Shown here piece after piece: positions 36,392 through 50,379 of a stretch of 64,000 nt of DNA. Position numbers and translations under genes: made by a program. The DNA is from Octopus sinensis (lineage: Eukaryota), in assembly GCF_006345805.1 (NCBI RefSeq), contig NC_043019.1, forward strand, positions 23,683,360 through 23,747,359, written 5' to 3'. The notes under the pieces are model-generated. The model did not search any database. It was not told where the DNA came from and saw nothing but the letters and a program-made list of their open reading frames with translations. Position 1 is the first letter of the stretch. Each line of letters starts with the position of its first letter.

Positions 36392-36888
36392 GGCGCAGGA
36401 GTGGCTGTGTGGTAAGAAGCTTGCTTTCCAACCACATGGTTTCAAGTTCTATCCTACTGTGTGACATTTTTTGAAGTAGACATAGGTGCAGGAGTGGCTG
36501 TGTGGTTAAGAAGCTTGCTTTCCAACCACATGGTTCTGGGTTCAGTCCCTCTGCGTGGCACCTGGGGTAAGCGTCTTCTACTATAGCTTCTGGCCGACCA
36601 GAACCTTGCGAGTGGATTTGGTAGACAGAAACTGAAAGAAGCCTGTCGTATATATATATATATAATATATATATATATATATTATATATATATATATGTA
36701 TATATGTATGTGTGTGTGTGTGTGTGCGTGCGTGCGTCTGTGTGTGTGTCTGTGTTTGCCCCCCACTACCGATTGAATAAGTAGAAGGCTTCAAAAATAA
36801 GTACCGGTGTCGATTTGTTCGGTTAAAACCTTTCAGGGCGGTGCTCCAGTATGACCGCAGTCAAATGACTGAAACAAACTAAAAGATA
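36392..36888 (+). mobile_element. SINE family A with duplicated tRNA-like head
   Basis: Heads start at 36392 and 36485. Confidence 0.85.
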
Positions 36889-37073
36889 ACGTAGTTGATA
36901 GATCGATCAACTTTCAATACATTCTTAATTGTCCGGATTAAGAAATCATTAAAAAATAATTCGGATTTGTTTCATAGTTAATTACTCAGTACAAACGAAT
37001 TCCTTCAAAAGGACATCAGCGTGTGTTTTTGAAACGCACGAAATACTTTCAACTGATTTGATTAAATTTATAG

Positions 37074-37119
37074 GTCTTCTGTTTACGAAGTAAATTACCA
37101 GCTCTCAGCCGAAACGGAA
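37074..37119 (+). CDS. candidate exon (phase 2 to 0: SSVYEVNYQLSAETE; shorter donor at 37089)
   Basis: CTGAT branch-like site, TTTATAG| acceptor, GAA|GTGTGT or GAA|GTAAAT donor. Confidence 0.3.
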
Positions 37120-37382
37120 GTGTGTTGGTGCCTGCTATTTTAAGTTTTAATAAATCGCTTTTCGAAAATAAACTCATTATAAAAAGAAAGGTCCATTAGG
37201 GTATCATTGAGGACGTCGCCTTTATGTAGTTTAATGATACAGTAGTTTCCCTGTCGCCTATGGCGGGATTTCAGTTCAACACAAAAATACAGTTTAATGA
37301 ACAGTTAACCAATAATACTGCACTTATTCTCCGCTGTTGTACAATACAGAGGACTGGTTTTCACAGCAGCAACTATCTATTA

Positions 37383-37598
37383 CTCTATTTACTCTTTTAC
37401 TTGTTTCAGTCATTTGGCTGCGGCCATGTTGGAGCACCGCCTTTAGTCGAGCAAATCGACCCCGGGACTTATTCTTTGTAAGCCCAGTACTTATTCTATC
37501 GGTCTCTTTTGCCGAACCGCTAAGTGACGGGGACGTAAACACACCAGCATCGGTTGTCAAGCAATGCTAGGGGAACAAACACAGACACACAAACATAT

Positions 37599-37600
<2 letters not shown>
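37383..37600 (-). mobile_element. SINE family A 3' half
   Basis: Similarity to the other A copies. Confidence 0.88.
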
Positions 37601-37655
<55 letters not shown>

Positions 37656-37764
37656 ATATATACTTGATAATTATAAGCACCTGTGTATACCGTTTGGTGG
37701 TGTAGGTGGTGGAGTAAATTGATCAAAATAAAAATAAAAATAAAAACATGAGGCGAAGGATTCA

Positions 37765-37842
37765 GCGGTACATATGTTTCGGGCCTTTATTAGACAGATT
37801 CATAACAAATCATAATGTATGTCTGTGGCCTTCTTCAGCCGC
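37765..37842 (-). ncRNA. type I hammerhead ribozyme motif, catalytic core intact
   Basis: GCGG-CTGAAGA-A-GGCC-[41 nt]-GGCC-C-GAAAC-ATAT-GTA^-CCGC: stem I GCGG/CCGC, palindromic stem III ACATATGT, GUA triplet. Confidence 0.75.
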
Positions 37843-39390
37843 GCACAACAGCTTCCACAAGGACATGTGTTACTTCCGAAATTCTTGGTTGGGGATGCAA
37901 ATCTTCTCGTTCCCGTACGACATAATGCGGCAGCAGCATCGAATTGAATCGTCCATCCCTTTCTTCTCTCAATGTAGAATGGGAAACTTGGATGTTGAGG
38001 TAATGTAAATAAATAAATACGTATATAGAGGTGAAGATGGAGGGGCGAGAGTTCGGGACGAGGGATAAAGAATATAAAATAATATAAAATAATATAAAAA
38101 TGTAGAGGATAAAGATATAAAGAGTTATAAGGAGATGTAAAGGGGGTATACAGAAGTATAAAGAAATATAAATACATGTAAAGGCATAATGTTGTAAAGT
38201 AAAAATAGAATGGAAATAATAGTAAAAGAAGTAAAAGAACCTGATAAAAACATGATAAAAGTGTAAAAGAATGTAAAGATAAGGGATGTATAGAGGTCGC
38301 GGACCCAGCATGGTGGTCAGGAGATTGATAAAGCTTAGTTGTAGAACTGTCAGTAAATTAACGGTTTCGTCGTAAATCAGAGCTGATGAGAGTTTAATCT
38401 GGTTCCTTGAATTAAATGGACTTCCAGTACATACATATCATCATGGGTACATACACCCACATACACGCGTACATATACGTCTCCAAGTCTATAAGCAAAC
38501 ACACGCACTCGCGTGTAAACACGTACATAAACACACACGCACCCACACGCACGCGCGCACACACACATACATACAACAGAATATCCGCATATATAGACGG
38601 ACATTACGCGCGTACACGCTCACATGTATATACGCACGCCCCTCACTACATACGTACACGTATATGCCCACGTCTCTAGGTCTAGGTATAAGATATTAAA
38701 GGATGTGTATAAGAACGTATGTAAAGAATCCCGTACTCATGTTAATACGCGCACGCACACACGGCTGTGTGTCCGTATGTGCGTGCACATATATATATTC
38801 ACATACACACACAGAGACACACGCGCCCATGGGTATAGTCATAAGATATTGAAGTATGCATGTACATATACGCGCGCGCATATGTATGTATGCGCATACA
38901 CACGTACGCGGACGCTCGGATACTCAAAAGCGGATCCATAGGTAAGTAAATAAACATATATAGAGGTGTAAAGTGGTAAATTAGGGGTAAGGATGAGGGT
39001 AAGGGTAAAGATTAGAAATAAAAAATACAGTATAAAATAAGAAATACAATGTAATAGTTAGAAATGAAATGTAAGAATTATAAGGGTTATAAGAGTTAAG
39101 GTAAGGGATGAAAATGAAAATGAGAGTAAATGGCAGTAGAATAAACGTAAAAATAAAAGTAAAAGTAAAAATAAAAAAATAAAAATAAAATTAAAAATAA
39201 AAATAAATGGAAGTAGGATAAAAGTAAAAATAAAAATAAAAATGAAAATAAAAATAAAAATAAAAATAAAAGTAAAAATAAAATAAAATAAAATATAATA
39301 TATAAAAATAAAAAAATAAAAAAATAAGGTAAAAATATAATTTTGTAAAGATTAACATGAGATGGAGGTGGCCCACATATATATATATAC

Positions 39391-39553
39391 GACAGGCTTC
39401 TTTCAGTTTCCGTCTACCAAATCCACTCACAAGGCATTGGTCGGCCCGGGGCTATAGCAGAAGACAATTGCCCAAGATGCCACGCAGTGGGACTGAACCC
39501 GGAACCATGTGGTTGGTAAGCAAGCTACTTATCATACAGCCACTCCTGCGTCT
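39391..39553 (-). mobile_element. SINE family A 5' half
   Basis: Similarity to the other A copies. Confidence 0.88.
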
Positions 39554-40533
39554 CTATGGCTATTACTACAACAACGACAGCAGCAGCAGGGTTGTAGGAA
39601 GTAAAGTATCTTGGTCAGGGACAAAATAAAATGATTGTATAAAGGGCACACGTGCATGCAGTATTGGCCGACTAGTTAAGACGTTAGCTTCGCAAATACT
39701 ACATCTCCAGTTCGATCCCACTCAGTAGCATCTTGGGTAGATGTCATTTTCTATAACCTCGGAACTCAGTTTTCTATAAACTGAGACGGAATCTGTATAT
39801 AAGCCCATCGGGTGGATTGTAGATTGGAATTCGAAAGGTACAGTCTTATCACATACTGTGTCATGCTAATTTTGCCCGAGACGTACGCCTGTGGAGTACT
39901 CAGCCATTTGTACGTTAATTCTGGCGTTGGTTATTCAGTTGATCGAACAACTAAATACTCATCGTCAAATGACAGACATGCAAGTGTCTTCTACCAAAGC
40001 CGTGGGAGTGGATTAGACGGAAACTAAAAGAAGCCCGTCGTATATATCTCTTTGTGTGTCTCTGTTTATCCCTCCTCTACCCGTCGGTTGACATCCTCGT
40101 AACATAGCGGTTCAGCCAAAGAACCCGATAGAATAAATACCAGGCTTTAAAAATAAGTACTGGAAGTCAATTCATTCGGCTAAAGTTCCTCCCGGTGGTG
40201 CCCCAGCATGGCCGCAGTCTAATCACTGAAGCAACGTGCAAAATGGCTGGGTATAACTGAGACACGCGTAACGCTAATATAATTCTCAGACAGAATCAGT
40301 GTGCAACAAGTGTGACAAGACTGTACCTTTTGAATTATAGGTACCGTTCATTGGAGGAGTTCTTTTAGGCCCAATCTCCCCATATCGACTCCCAAAACTT
40401 AGTCTTTGTGAATGCCATGGTAAGTGAAGTTGCACCGGGTGGGTTTGACCCAAGGATCTCTTGGTAACAAAGTGAATTCTTTAACTGCGCAGTTATGCAT
40501 TCGCCCTCGTAAACAAGTGCATGTAAACGCACG

Positions 40534-40594
<61 letters not shown>

Positions 40595-40603
40595 GTAAGT
40601 ATA

Positions 40604-40635
<32 letters not shown>

Positions 40636-40651
40636 CATATATATATGTATG

Positions 40652-40682
<31 letters not shown>

Positions 40683-41329
40683 GTATGTATATATATGTAT
40701 ATATACATATGTATGTATATATATGAATGTATATGTACATGCATGTGAACGTCTACAAATGTATCTGTGAGTGTGCCCATATTTCGAATATTTGTATACA
40801 TATGTATGTTCATACATGCATACGCACATACGTACTCATACACACACATATATAATTCATTATATTACTGGTACCAACTTTAATCTTCTTGATGTGTAAT
40901 GAAAGGTTCTTCCTCACCGGAAATATTCCAAGAAAATATATACGTGCCACACTCAGTAACTTCAGACAACCAGTAGATTTAAGTATGCCTGCTTGTGCTT
41001 CTCTGTGTGTGTATGTGTGTGTGTGTGTGTGTGCATGTTTGCGTGTGCATAGTATGATATATAATATATGCATCCGTGGTTATAGATGCGTGTCTTGTGT
41101 AGGAGTGTACCGATGTTTTCGTACACCCCCCACACCTCATTTATGTATCACGGGTTTCATAACTAGAGCAGCGTCAAGATTCATAATATACACCTATATA
41201 TATATATATATATTATATATATATATATGCATATATATATGCGTATAAGTACATACTGTATATTTAAACATAAATACTGTATAGGTTACGTACATACGTA
41301 TGAACAGCTCCAAACTTATGCACAGCACA

Positions 41330-41830
41330 TCCACACCAAACCCATCATCATAAATGTTAAACTGGATCACTCTGGCTTTCCTTCCCATCCGTACCACAAG
41401 TCAAACAACTCTTTCAACTATATACACATACACTCCATCTCTACTAGAAACACCATCAACTACCTTATACCCAGCATTTCCCATTGGGTTACCTATCCTT
41501 TTTGTCAATAGACAAGTTTTATTTATGGATGTAGCACTTTATTATAACGATAGACTTCTCAAAAGTATCTTCAAAATGAAATTTCCTGCTTATAACCCAC
41601 ACCTGGACCGCAAAGACGCGGAAATAGTTATAGAAAAAGAAATGTTATTTGATTTACTTCGATACAGCATTAATGCAACTGCATTAGGCGAAAGCTTTCC
41701 TATCTACTTATATTTTCGTCACAATATAAGTGCCACAAAATAGTTAAAATTTCATACTCTATCACTCCTAAATTGCAAAACTATTAAACTTTCTCTCATC
41801 AAATCCTGTAACTTTACTATCACCAACAAC
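41330..41830 (+). mobile_element. decayed Penelope-like RT C-terminal/linker region
   Basis: PYHKSNNSFNYIHIHS...IPSISH, NRQVLFMDVALYYN and HKIVKISYSITPKL match the PLE motifs YHKPNN...YIH..SNHP and KVSYSCMPN. Confidence 0.7.
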
Positions 41831-42154
41831 TGCCCACTTAACTGTTTTGCTAAGGTCTGTCTCTATATAATGAGTTTAATTCTGACGGATAGAGAGATAG
41901 TGATTGTTCAGTGAGACGGATGGTCGGATTCAGATAGTCAGATGGACAGAGAGAGAGGGATAGTTATGAAAGTATAAGTCGCTTGATTAATTGACAGACG
42001 AACAAAAATATTGATAGATAGACTGTCAGATCAATAGTCAACTTGATGGACAGATAGATAAAGATAGTTTCATGCATCGTTATAGCTTTGTCTGTGTCAT
42101 ATACCATTTGTTTGCATTCATATGTACACACACACACTCACACACATGTATATG

Positions 42155-42413
42155 TATTTCTTTACTGCCCACAAGGGGACAAACAAGGACAGACAAGGGG
42201 ACAAACAAGGACAGACAAGGGGACAAACAAGGACAGACAAAGGGATTAAGTCGATTACATCGACTCCAGTGCGAAACTGGTACTTTATTTATCGACCCCG
42301 AAAGGATGAAAGGTAAAGTCGACCTCGGCGGAATTTGAACTCGGAACGTACGACAGACGAAATACCGCTAAGCGCTTCGCCCGGCGCGCTAACGTTTCTG
42401 CCAACTCGCCGCC
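42155..42413 (-). mobile_element. SINE family B with 3 tandem copies of a 22-bp tail unit
   Basis: CAAGGGGACAAACAAGGACAGA x3 at 42172-42237. Confidence 0.9.
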
Positions 42414-43373
42414 TTATACATGTATATGTATATGCGTACGTTTGTATATATGCGCATGCGTGAATGTATGTACTCATGTATGTAAATGTGTGTGTTAACG
42501 CTTCTGGCTGGGTATAGTTGTATGTGTGCGTGTGTGTATATGTGCACTGGGTTAGTGCTTTTGTGTTTGTGCGAGTCTGTTTTGGGATAACCTTAATGAC
42601 ATTTTATTCCCCGCCTACTTCCGGCCTACAGTCTCCAGTATCACCGTCGCCATTGTCATCTTGGCCGCCATCACCACAATCGTCACCAAAATTTCTTCTG
42701 TCTCCCTCCACCGCAACCATTAACACCTTAAGGCCATCACATTATCACTACCATAATCGTAGCATTCATATACTTGTACACCACAGCCACCCAACACCAC
42801 CACCACCACCACCGCCGACACCACCACCACCACCACCATCACCACCACCACCACCACCACCATCACCACCACCACCACCGACGCCACCACCACCACCGAC
42901 GCCACCGCCACCATCACCGCCATCACCACCATAATCAATATCATCGCTCTCATCTTCACCACCATCATCACTACCAGAATCGCTAGAGCGTCGAAAAAAA
43001 AAATGCTGTAATGTGTTTATGTTGTGAGTTAAAATCCTGCCGAGGCCGACTTTTGTCTTTCAATCAGGGAAGAGGTTAAACGATGTAATCGATTAACCTC
43101 TGGCCTCGAAATTGCTGGCCTCGTGTCTAAATTAGAAGCAATAAGCACTACCACCACCACCACCATCACCATATCAACGCCCCCTTTCCATAATCGGTAT
43201 ATCTATCCTTCTGTACGTTTGTTTATCCGTCTTTGTCCGTATATATCTATGCAAGGAATCTTAGGATGAAACAGAATATATTTCGTTGGTCTGGCTGTTC
43301 ATAATAAATAAAGCATAACACCCAAACCAAGCAATGTGAGTTCTTCATGCTGAGTGGCCTAAACCACCTGCCG

Positions 43374-43421
<48 letters not shown>

Positions 43422-44503
43422 AACGAAAGTTACCTTGACAAATAGTTTCACTACTCGAATACTCATCAGGTCAATTAGATCACTGGTCTAAATTCGACTT
43501 AATATAAGTTTATTTGACGTTAATCGATCGCAGGTAACTTCCCGAGAAAGTAACAGTTTCTGATTTAAAAAAAAATTAAGTAACAAGAATTAAGAGCCCC
43601 CCTCAAGAAACAAGGAGATTCCTCAGGTAAATATGATCTCAGAAATCCTCAGTTGGTAATATAGTCACCTCACCAACCATACCTTCAGCTTTATAAGAAA
43701 ATTATTAATTTCCGGATAATATCGGTGTTAAAAGTTTTCCATGAAATATCTGTACAAAAAGAGAACGAAACTAAAAAAATTTGTGAATAAAAATTTAAAT
43801 TCAATGCTAAATTACTTTAAAAAAATTAAAAAAAGCAGCACAAGTTTTGTCTCGAAATAATCTCAGGAAACCATGGATAGAATTGCACATGGAAATAGTT
43901 GTAAAAGAAATGAGGTTAGAATTGTACTCCGATGAAAGAAGTGAAGATAAAACTTCAGTATGAAATTGTTCCAAAAGGAAGCGAGATAAAATTTCACCAT
44001 GTAATTGTTCCAAAGAATGCAAAAGCCTGTAACTTTGCATTGAAACACCTGCCAGATTATGCCATTAGATATTTCAATGGAAATACCAGAAAAACTAAGA
44101 ATTACAGAATGTGAAAAATAAAAGTAAACAAAACATTTTTATGAGAAATAACGCTTTGTTAGACGCAATCATTCTCTCAACACCTCCGCCTGTTTTGCTA
44201 TTTTACTGCATAAATGGTTTAGCAATGCTAACCGTTTTCAGTCTTGCTTTTAATGAATTCAAAACTAATTTTGTTGCATATAACAGCTGCGAAGAACTTC
44301 TGGGCTGCTTAAAAGGTTTTGGGGGATTTGAGCTGTTTATATATATATTAGAAAATCTGACTCTATTTGCACGCGTGACAATGGTTTTATATTGTCCTCA
44401 TATGAGGCTTTTCCAAATGACTCTTTCCTGAAAGAATGAAACTTATTGGAACCGAAACATTGAATAAGTGCATTTCTCTGACTATATTAAAGTGACTATA
44501 TTA

Positions 44504-44734
44504 GGCGGCGAGCTGGCAGAAACGTTAGCATGCCGGGCGAAATGCTTAGCGGTATTTCGTCTGTCGTTACGTTCCGAGTTCAAATTCCGCCGAGGTCGAC
44601 TTTGCCTTTCATCCTTTCGGGGTCGATAAATTAAGTACCAGTTACGCACTGGGGTCGATGTAATCGATTTAATCCCTTTGTCTGTCCTTGTTTGTCCCCT
44701 CTGTGTTTAGCCCCTTGTGGGTAGTAAAGAAATA
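44504..44734 (+). mobile_element. SINE family B, full length, likely TSD TATATTAAAGTG
   Basis: Near-consensus copy; the 12-mer occurs on both flanks. Confidence 0.92.
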
Positions 44735-44769
44735 TATATTAAAGTGGTTTTTCTCTTTACGTATCTGAT

Positions 44770-45322
44770 TAACAATGCTTCTAACAAGCTACGACTAAAA
44801 ATTATTCAGTTATCCGTATTATGACATCAGAACTGTATATTGTCCACATCCAAGCTACTCCACCTTCAACGGCTCATTCCACTTAGTTGTAAGGAGACAC
44901 CACGGGATAATATAATCCACTGTTGAAAACTACCATAGAACTGTGGAGTTAATGATTAGTTAAATTCTAGAACTGAGTTGGGTTCTTGCGATGGATATAA
45001 CCAAAATAGATGTTGTGACCTCTAACTTGCCTCTCTATATTTATAACAATGCTTCTAACAAGCTACGACTAAAAATTATTCAGTTATCCGTATTATGACA
45101 TCAGAACTGTATATTGTCCACATCCAAGCTACTCCACCTTCAACGGCTCATTCCACTTAGTTGTAAGGAGACACCACGGGATAATATAATCCACCGTTGA
45201 AACCTACCCATAGAACTGTGGAGTTAATGATTATTTAGTTAAATTCTAGCACTGAGTTGGGTTCTTGCGATGGATATAACCAAAATAGATGCTGTGACCT
45301 CTAACTTGCCTCTCTATATTTA
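44770..45322. repeat. 274-bp tandem duplication of otherwise unique sequence
   Basis: TAACAATGCTTCTAACAAGC starts at 44770 and 45044; the copies are nearly identical. Confidence 0.93.
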
Positions 45323-45607
45323 AATGTTACAATGAAAGTAGATTTCGTTTCTCATTTCATTTATATATTTACGAGCGCTTGAAGCAACTAAAAAATTATA
45401 GATCTTGGTAAAGCTGTGTTGCTAATAACAGTGTTTTACTCGTTAATGGTTACTCTGTAAGTAGAGAAGGCGGTTAAATGATAGAGTAACACTTTGGCTC
45501 AGTTAGTTTCACCAGTTATTCTTGTAGTTGTTGTGCAGTTTGAACAGAGAAATGGCGGACTCTCACCCACTCACCCACAACTTGGAAAGCTTTACTACTC
45601 GTCCCGG

Positions 45608-45642
<35 letters not shown>

Positions 45643-45854
45643 TGCACACACATATGCACACTCGCGCGCACATACACTACGTATATATACTGGCACTCCG
45701 TCAGTTACGACGATGAGTGATCCAGTTGATTCAAGTGCATTGGGATCGAACATGGAACTAAGTGTTTACGAAGTGATTTTTATCGTATAGTTCTATATTT
45801 AAGAGATGAGGGATTATGTAGATTATTTACATTAGTTACTTTGACGGACTATTA

Positions 45855-46489
45855 TATATATATATACTATTGTATATATATATATACTATTATATATATA
45901 TATACTATTGTATATATATATATACTATTGTATATATATATATACTATTGTATATATATAACTATTGTATTATATATATATACTATTGGATATATATAGA
46001 TATATATATACTATTGTATATATATGTATATATATATATATATATTATACTATTGTATATATATATATATATATATAATATATATATATATACTATTGTA
46101 TATATATATATATATATATACTATTGTATATATAATATATATATATTACTATTGTATATATATATATAATATACTATTGTATATATATATATATTATATA
46201 CTATTGTATATATATATATATATATACTATTGTATATATATATATATATAATATACTATTGTATATATATATATATTATACTATTGTATATATATCTATA
46301 TATATACTATTGTATATATATATATATATATACTATTGTATATATATATATAGATATACTATTGTTATATATATATATATATACTATTGTATATAATATA
46401 TATATATACTGTTGTATATATATATATATATATAATATATATATATATATATACTATTGTATATATATATATATATATATATACTGTTG

Positions 46490-46522
<33 letters not shown>

Positions 46523-46695
46523 TATATATACTATTGTATATATTATATATATATACTATTGTATATATATATATATATATATATACTGTTGTATATATAT
46601 ATATATATATATATACTGTTGTATATATATATATATTATACTATTGTATATATATCTATATATAATATATCTATATATATATATCTATATATATT
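45855..46695. repeat. TA-rich minisatellite ((TA)nCTATTG units)
   Basis: Directly visible. Confidence 0.95.
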
Positions 46696-47148
46696 GATCA
46701 TAGAAAAATTCTTGTTTGTCTCCATTCAACCAAGAATAAAACCCCCTCCCCTCTGACAGATCTAAATAACAAAGTGAACTCAATGATAAAATATACAGAC
46801 GGAGAGTAAACATACTACTATCATGTTCTTAAGGATGAAATTAACCTCTCTGTCTGTATATCTACCCTCTTTATAATGTTGGCAAATGAAATAGGGATAA
46901 GAATGTGCATGTCCGTTTAATTAGAAAATTCTATAAGTGGCCGAAGATTGCTCGACATATTAAAACTGATGTAATACTTACAGTATTTAATAAAAGTACT
47001 ATGAAACAATTGTACTACTCTACCTTGGATATACTTGTTGCTTATTTTGATAATAATCACCCCATTTGATTTATATGGATAATACCATACAAAATTCTGG
47101 TGCCTTTAACTTAAGTACCATATTCATCTGAATCAAAATTTTACTGAA

Positions 47149-47198
<50 letters not shown>

Positions 47199-48699
47199 AT
47201 GTATATTATTACTATTGATAAATAATAACAATAATAATATAAGTGGCCAGGAAGTATTATTACCAAAAAGGAAAAATTATTAATTATAATTGAGAGTACA
47301 CGAAGTACCAGCGTTACTAGAAATAAGAGTCGAAAAATACTCAAATAAGCCACAATTTCACTGAAAATTTAACAAGCTGACGAAAATCGAGTAACGAGTA
47401 AAGGTCAACCTACCATTGCAGGTGAAAGACGCAAATGAAATTCGCAGATATACTTATATCACGTGATTTCCAACTTAGAGATATTTCTCTTAGTTCTCCT
47501 ATCAGTAGGTCTCGCTGTCAAGGTTTAACTCACACTCGCTTTGTCATGCCTATTACAATCGTTGAAAAGACTAAAAATCTGAATCCAATCTATTACCAAT
47601 CTTAAAAGTATTACGTCACTCCACGGTGTTGCACTGCACTGCATTGTGCTATAAACATTCATTATCAGTAAAATAAAACATTATCAATTAGACTAAACGT
47701 TATCACCCTTCAATATTTCATTTGTGATTGCTTCGTGAAACAGTTTACAACTGCAACGGCAGTGACAACGAAAACAACAGCAATAACAGTGGCGGCGGCG
47801 GCGTCAGCTGCAGCAGCTGCAGCAGCAGCAGCAGTAGTTGCAGTAGCAGCAGTAGTAGCAGTAGCAGCAGCAGCAATCTCGATAATTAGAGTAAATTAAA
47901 ACAAACATCATCACTGCCATCATTGTCATCACCATTACATCACCAGTACATTCACCATCACTATCACACTATATCTGCCTTCATCATCATCACCACCACC
48001 ACTACCACTACCAATAACAGTAATAATCATAATAATAATAATAATAGCAACCAGAACAACAACAACAACAGCAATATCGACGCTTGTAATATATTTATAT
48101 TTATATCTATCACAGTGAGCGAGACTAACTGGTACTCACTGACAAGCTGACTTCCTGCCAATTCTACAAGAAATGAAATAAAAATAAAACAAGCCAGTAT
48201 ATTTTATGAATCTCAGAAGGTGGCATTTATATTGCCATGGTTTCATTTTGGAAAAAATGTCCTCTTAAAGTAACAAGTGAAACTGTTTCAATCGGGAATC
48301 GAAACCAGGTCACCGTATTTGCTTACCATGTCTCTCGGAGTATCACTTTACAAAGTCACATTACACATTAAACTATTCAAGTGACTTCGTGGTGTTTTAA
48401 GTTCTTGTGGTTCCAAAGAAACAAAGTTTTCGATGTGGAACCAAATTCCAGATGGGATGCCAATTGCTCTACCAAATTTACCCCAGGCACATTCCTCAAG
48501 GCCAACTTCTCTCCAGAAATTTCAGATCTCAGTAGCAACAACAACAACAACAACAAAGCTCTTTTCGCATTCAACCATGTATAAATTCTCTATTAATACT
48601 TTAAAATGTTGCTATTTCTAGCAGGTCGAGTTACCATGTAGGAACTTCCTCATTGACACGTGTACCACGAGTAATTCTGAGTTCAGCATAGAAAGTAGA

Positions 48700-48993
48700 A
48701 TATATTTGTTGCCGTTGTTGTTGTTGTTGTTTAACCCTGAGAACGTTGAAAAGTAAAACCGACTCCAGGTGGTTTGAACGTGACATGTAGAGGAGAGAGA
48801 ATTTGCTGAGTACCTTTCATTTAACACTGAGTAGAGTTGGAGACTTCATTCAACGAAAGCAATTTGTTGTGTTGCTGTTGTCAATATTATCTAGGTTCCT
48901 GCTATTGCCGTTGTTTAAATCGAGCTCAGCTCTTGCCGACCAGGTATAATAAAAGGCGTTCCAGTTGCGACCATTCCGCCATTTTAAAGCCTT
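48700..48993. repeat. about 294-bp segment duplicated at 50380-50674
   Basis: Direct-repeat copies offset by 1680 bp, roughly 90% identical by eye; flanks unrelated. Confidence 0.9.
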
Positions 48994-49590
48994 TGTGTAT
49001 CTAGGATTATAGGCGTCATTCCTTTTTGAAATACAAACAGGAATGTTAATGGTGCTTCGCTTGTTGCTAATACTGCTATTGTAATTGTTTCTCTCATTCT
49101 GCTGGTGTTGTTGTTGTTGTTTAATTCTAGATCACCTCTGATCTCGCAGACTTATGCAAGTGTGACGGGCTACCATTCACACATCTATTACTTCAGGTCT
49201 ATTATATCCCTGTTTGGTCAAGATAATACTGCATACTCCCACGTGCAGTGGTTAATAGTATGAGGTACACACAATATAACGGTCCGTCCACTGTCATGGC
49301 TATTTCTGTAATCATGTTGTCGTTGTTGTTATTGTGATTTAGACACAAATCATCTTTGAATGACAAACCAATGATTGCATTAACCAATGTATGAAGAGAC
49401 AAAAAAAAAACAAAAAAACAAAGCAAAAAACAAAACAAAATGGACAAGCACTTATATATGGCGTTAAATTATTTACAAAAGATGTTACATAATCGTATGT
49501 ATAAACATATTTGGCGAAGGAGATATAACCGTTAGTAGTTCTTTACACCTGTTTCGAACATGCAGCGGCTGGTTGATGCAATAATGTGCA

Positions 49591-49734
49591 GGCGCAGGCG
49601 TGGCTGTGTGCTAAGAAGTTTTCTTTTCAACCACATGGTTCCGGGTTCAGTCCCTCTGCGTGGCGCCTTGGGCAAGTGTCTTCTACTAAAGACTCGGGCC
49701 GACCAAAGCCTTGATGGAAACTGAAAGAATCCCG

Positions 49735-49784
<50 letters not shown>

Positions 49785-50025
49785 TTGGATGCATCTATCT
49801 ATGTGTATATGTGTCTTTGTGTCTGTGTTTGTTCCTTTATCACCGCATGACAACCGATATTGGTGTGTTTACGCCCCCGTAACTTAGCGAGTCAGCACGA
49901 AAGACCGATAGAATAAATACTAGGCTTAAAAAATAAGTCCTGTGGTCGATTTGTTCGACTAAAAAGCGATGCTCCAGCATGGCTGCAGTCAAATGACTGA
50001 ATCAATTAAAAGAATAAAAGAATAT
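49591..50025 (+). mobile_element. SINE family A, full length
   Basis: Head, central (TA)n/(TG)n tract and tail all present. Confidence 0.88.
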
Positions 50026-50379
50026 AAAGAATTAATGATTGAATGGCATATGTAAGAGCTTTTTCTTCTGTCTCTTTATTACCGCCTCGATCTATACATT
50101 TCTTCTGCTCAGCTCTTATTGATAAGGACGGTCAATTAAAAAATCTCAACTCGTCCGGTGTTCTATGCAGGAATTGGTCTACAGAGTCATCAACGGCATC
50201 ACCATAAAGGAATAAGGGAAGCAAAGAAGAAACTAAATTCTCGGATACGAAAGATAGCCACCGCCGCCGCTACTGCCGTCCAATCTCACCCACATCGACT
50301 TTCACCTTTTATAGGATTGAAAAAATAAAATATTTGGTTGTAGTTTTTTTTTTCCGTGATACTCCTAACCACCGACAAT

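Noticed and set aside
38370-38430. CTGATGA-stem on the plus strand as a hammerhead
   Set aside because: The stem is followed by CCAGTAC rather than GAAAC.
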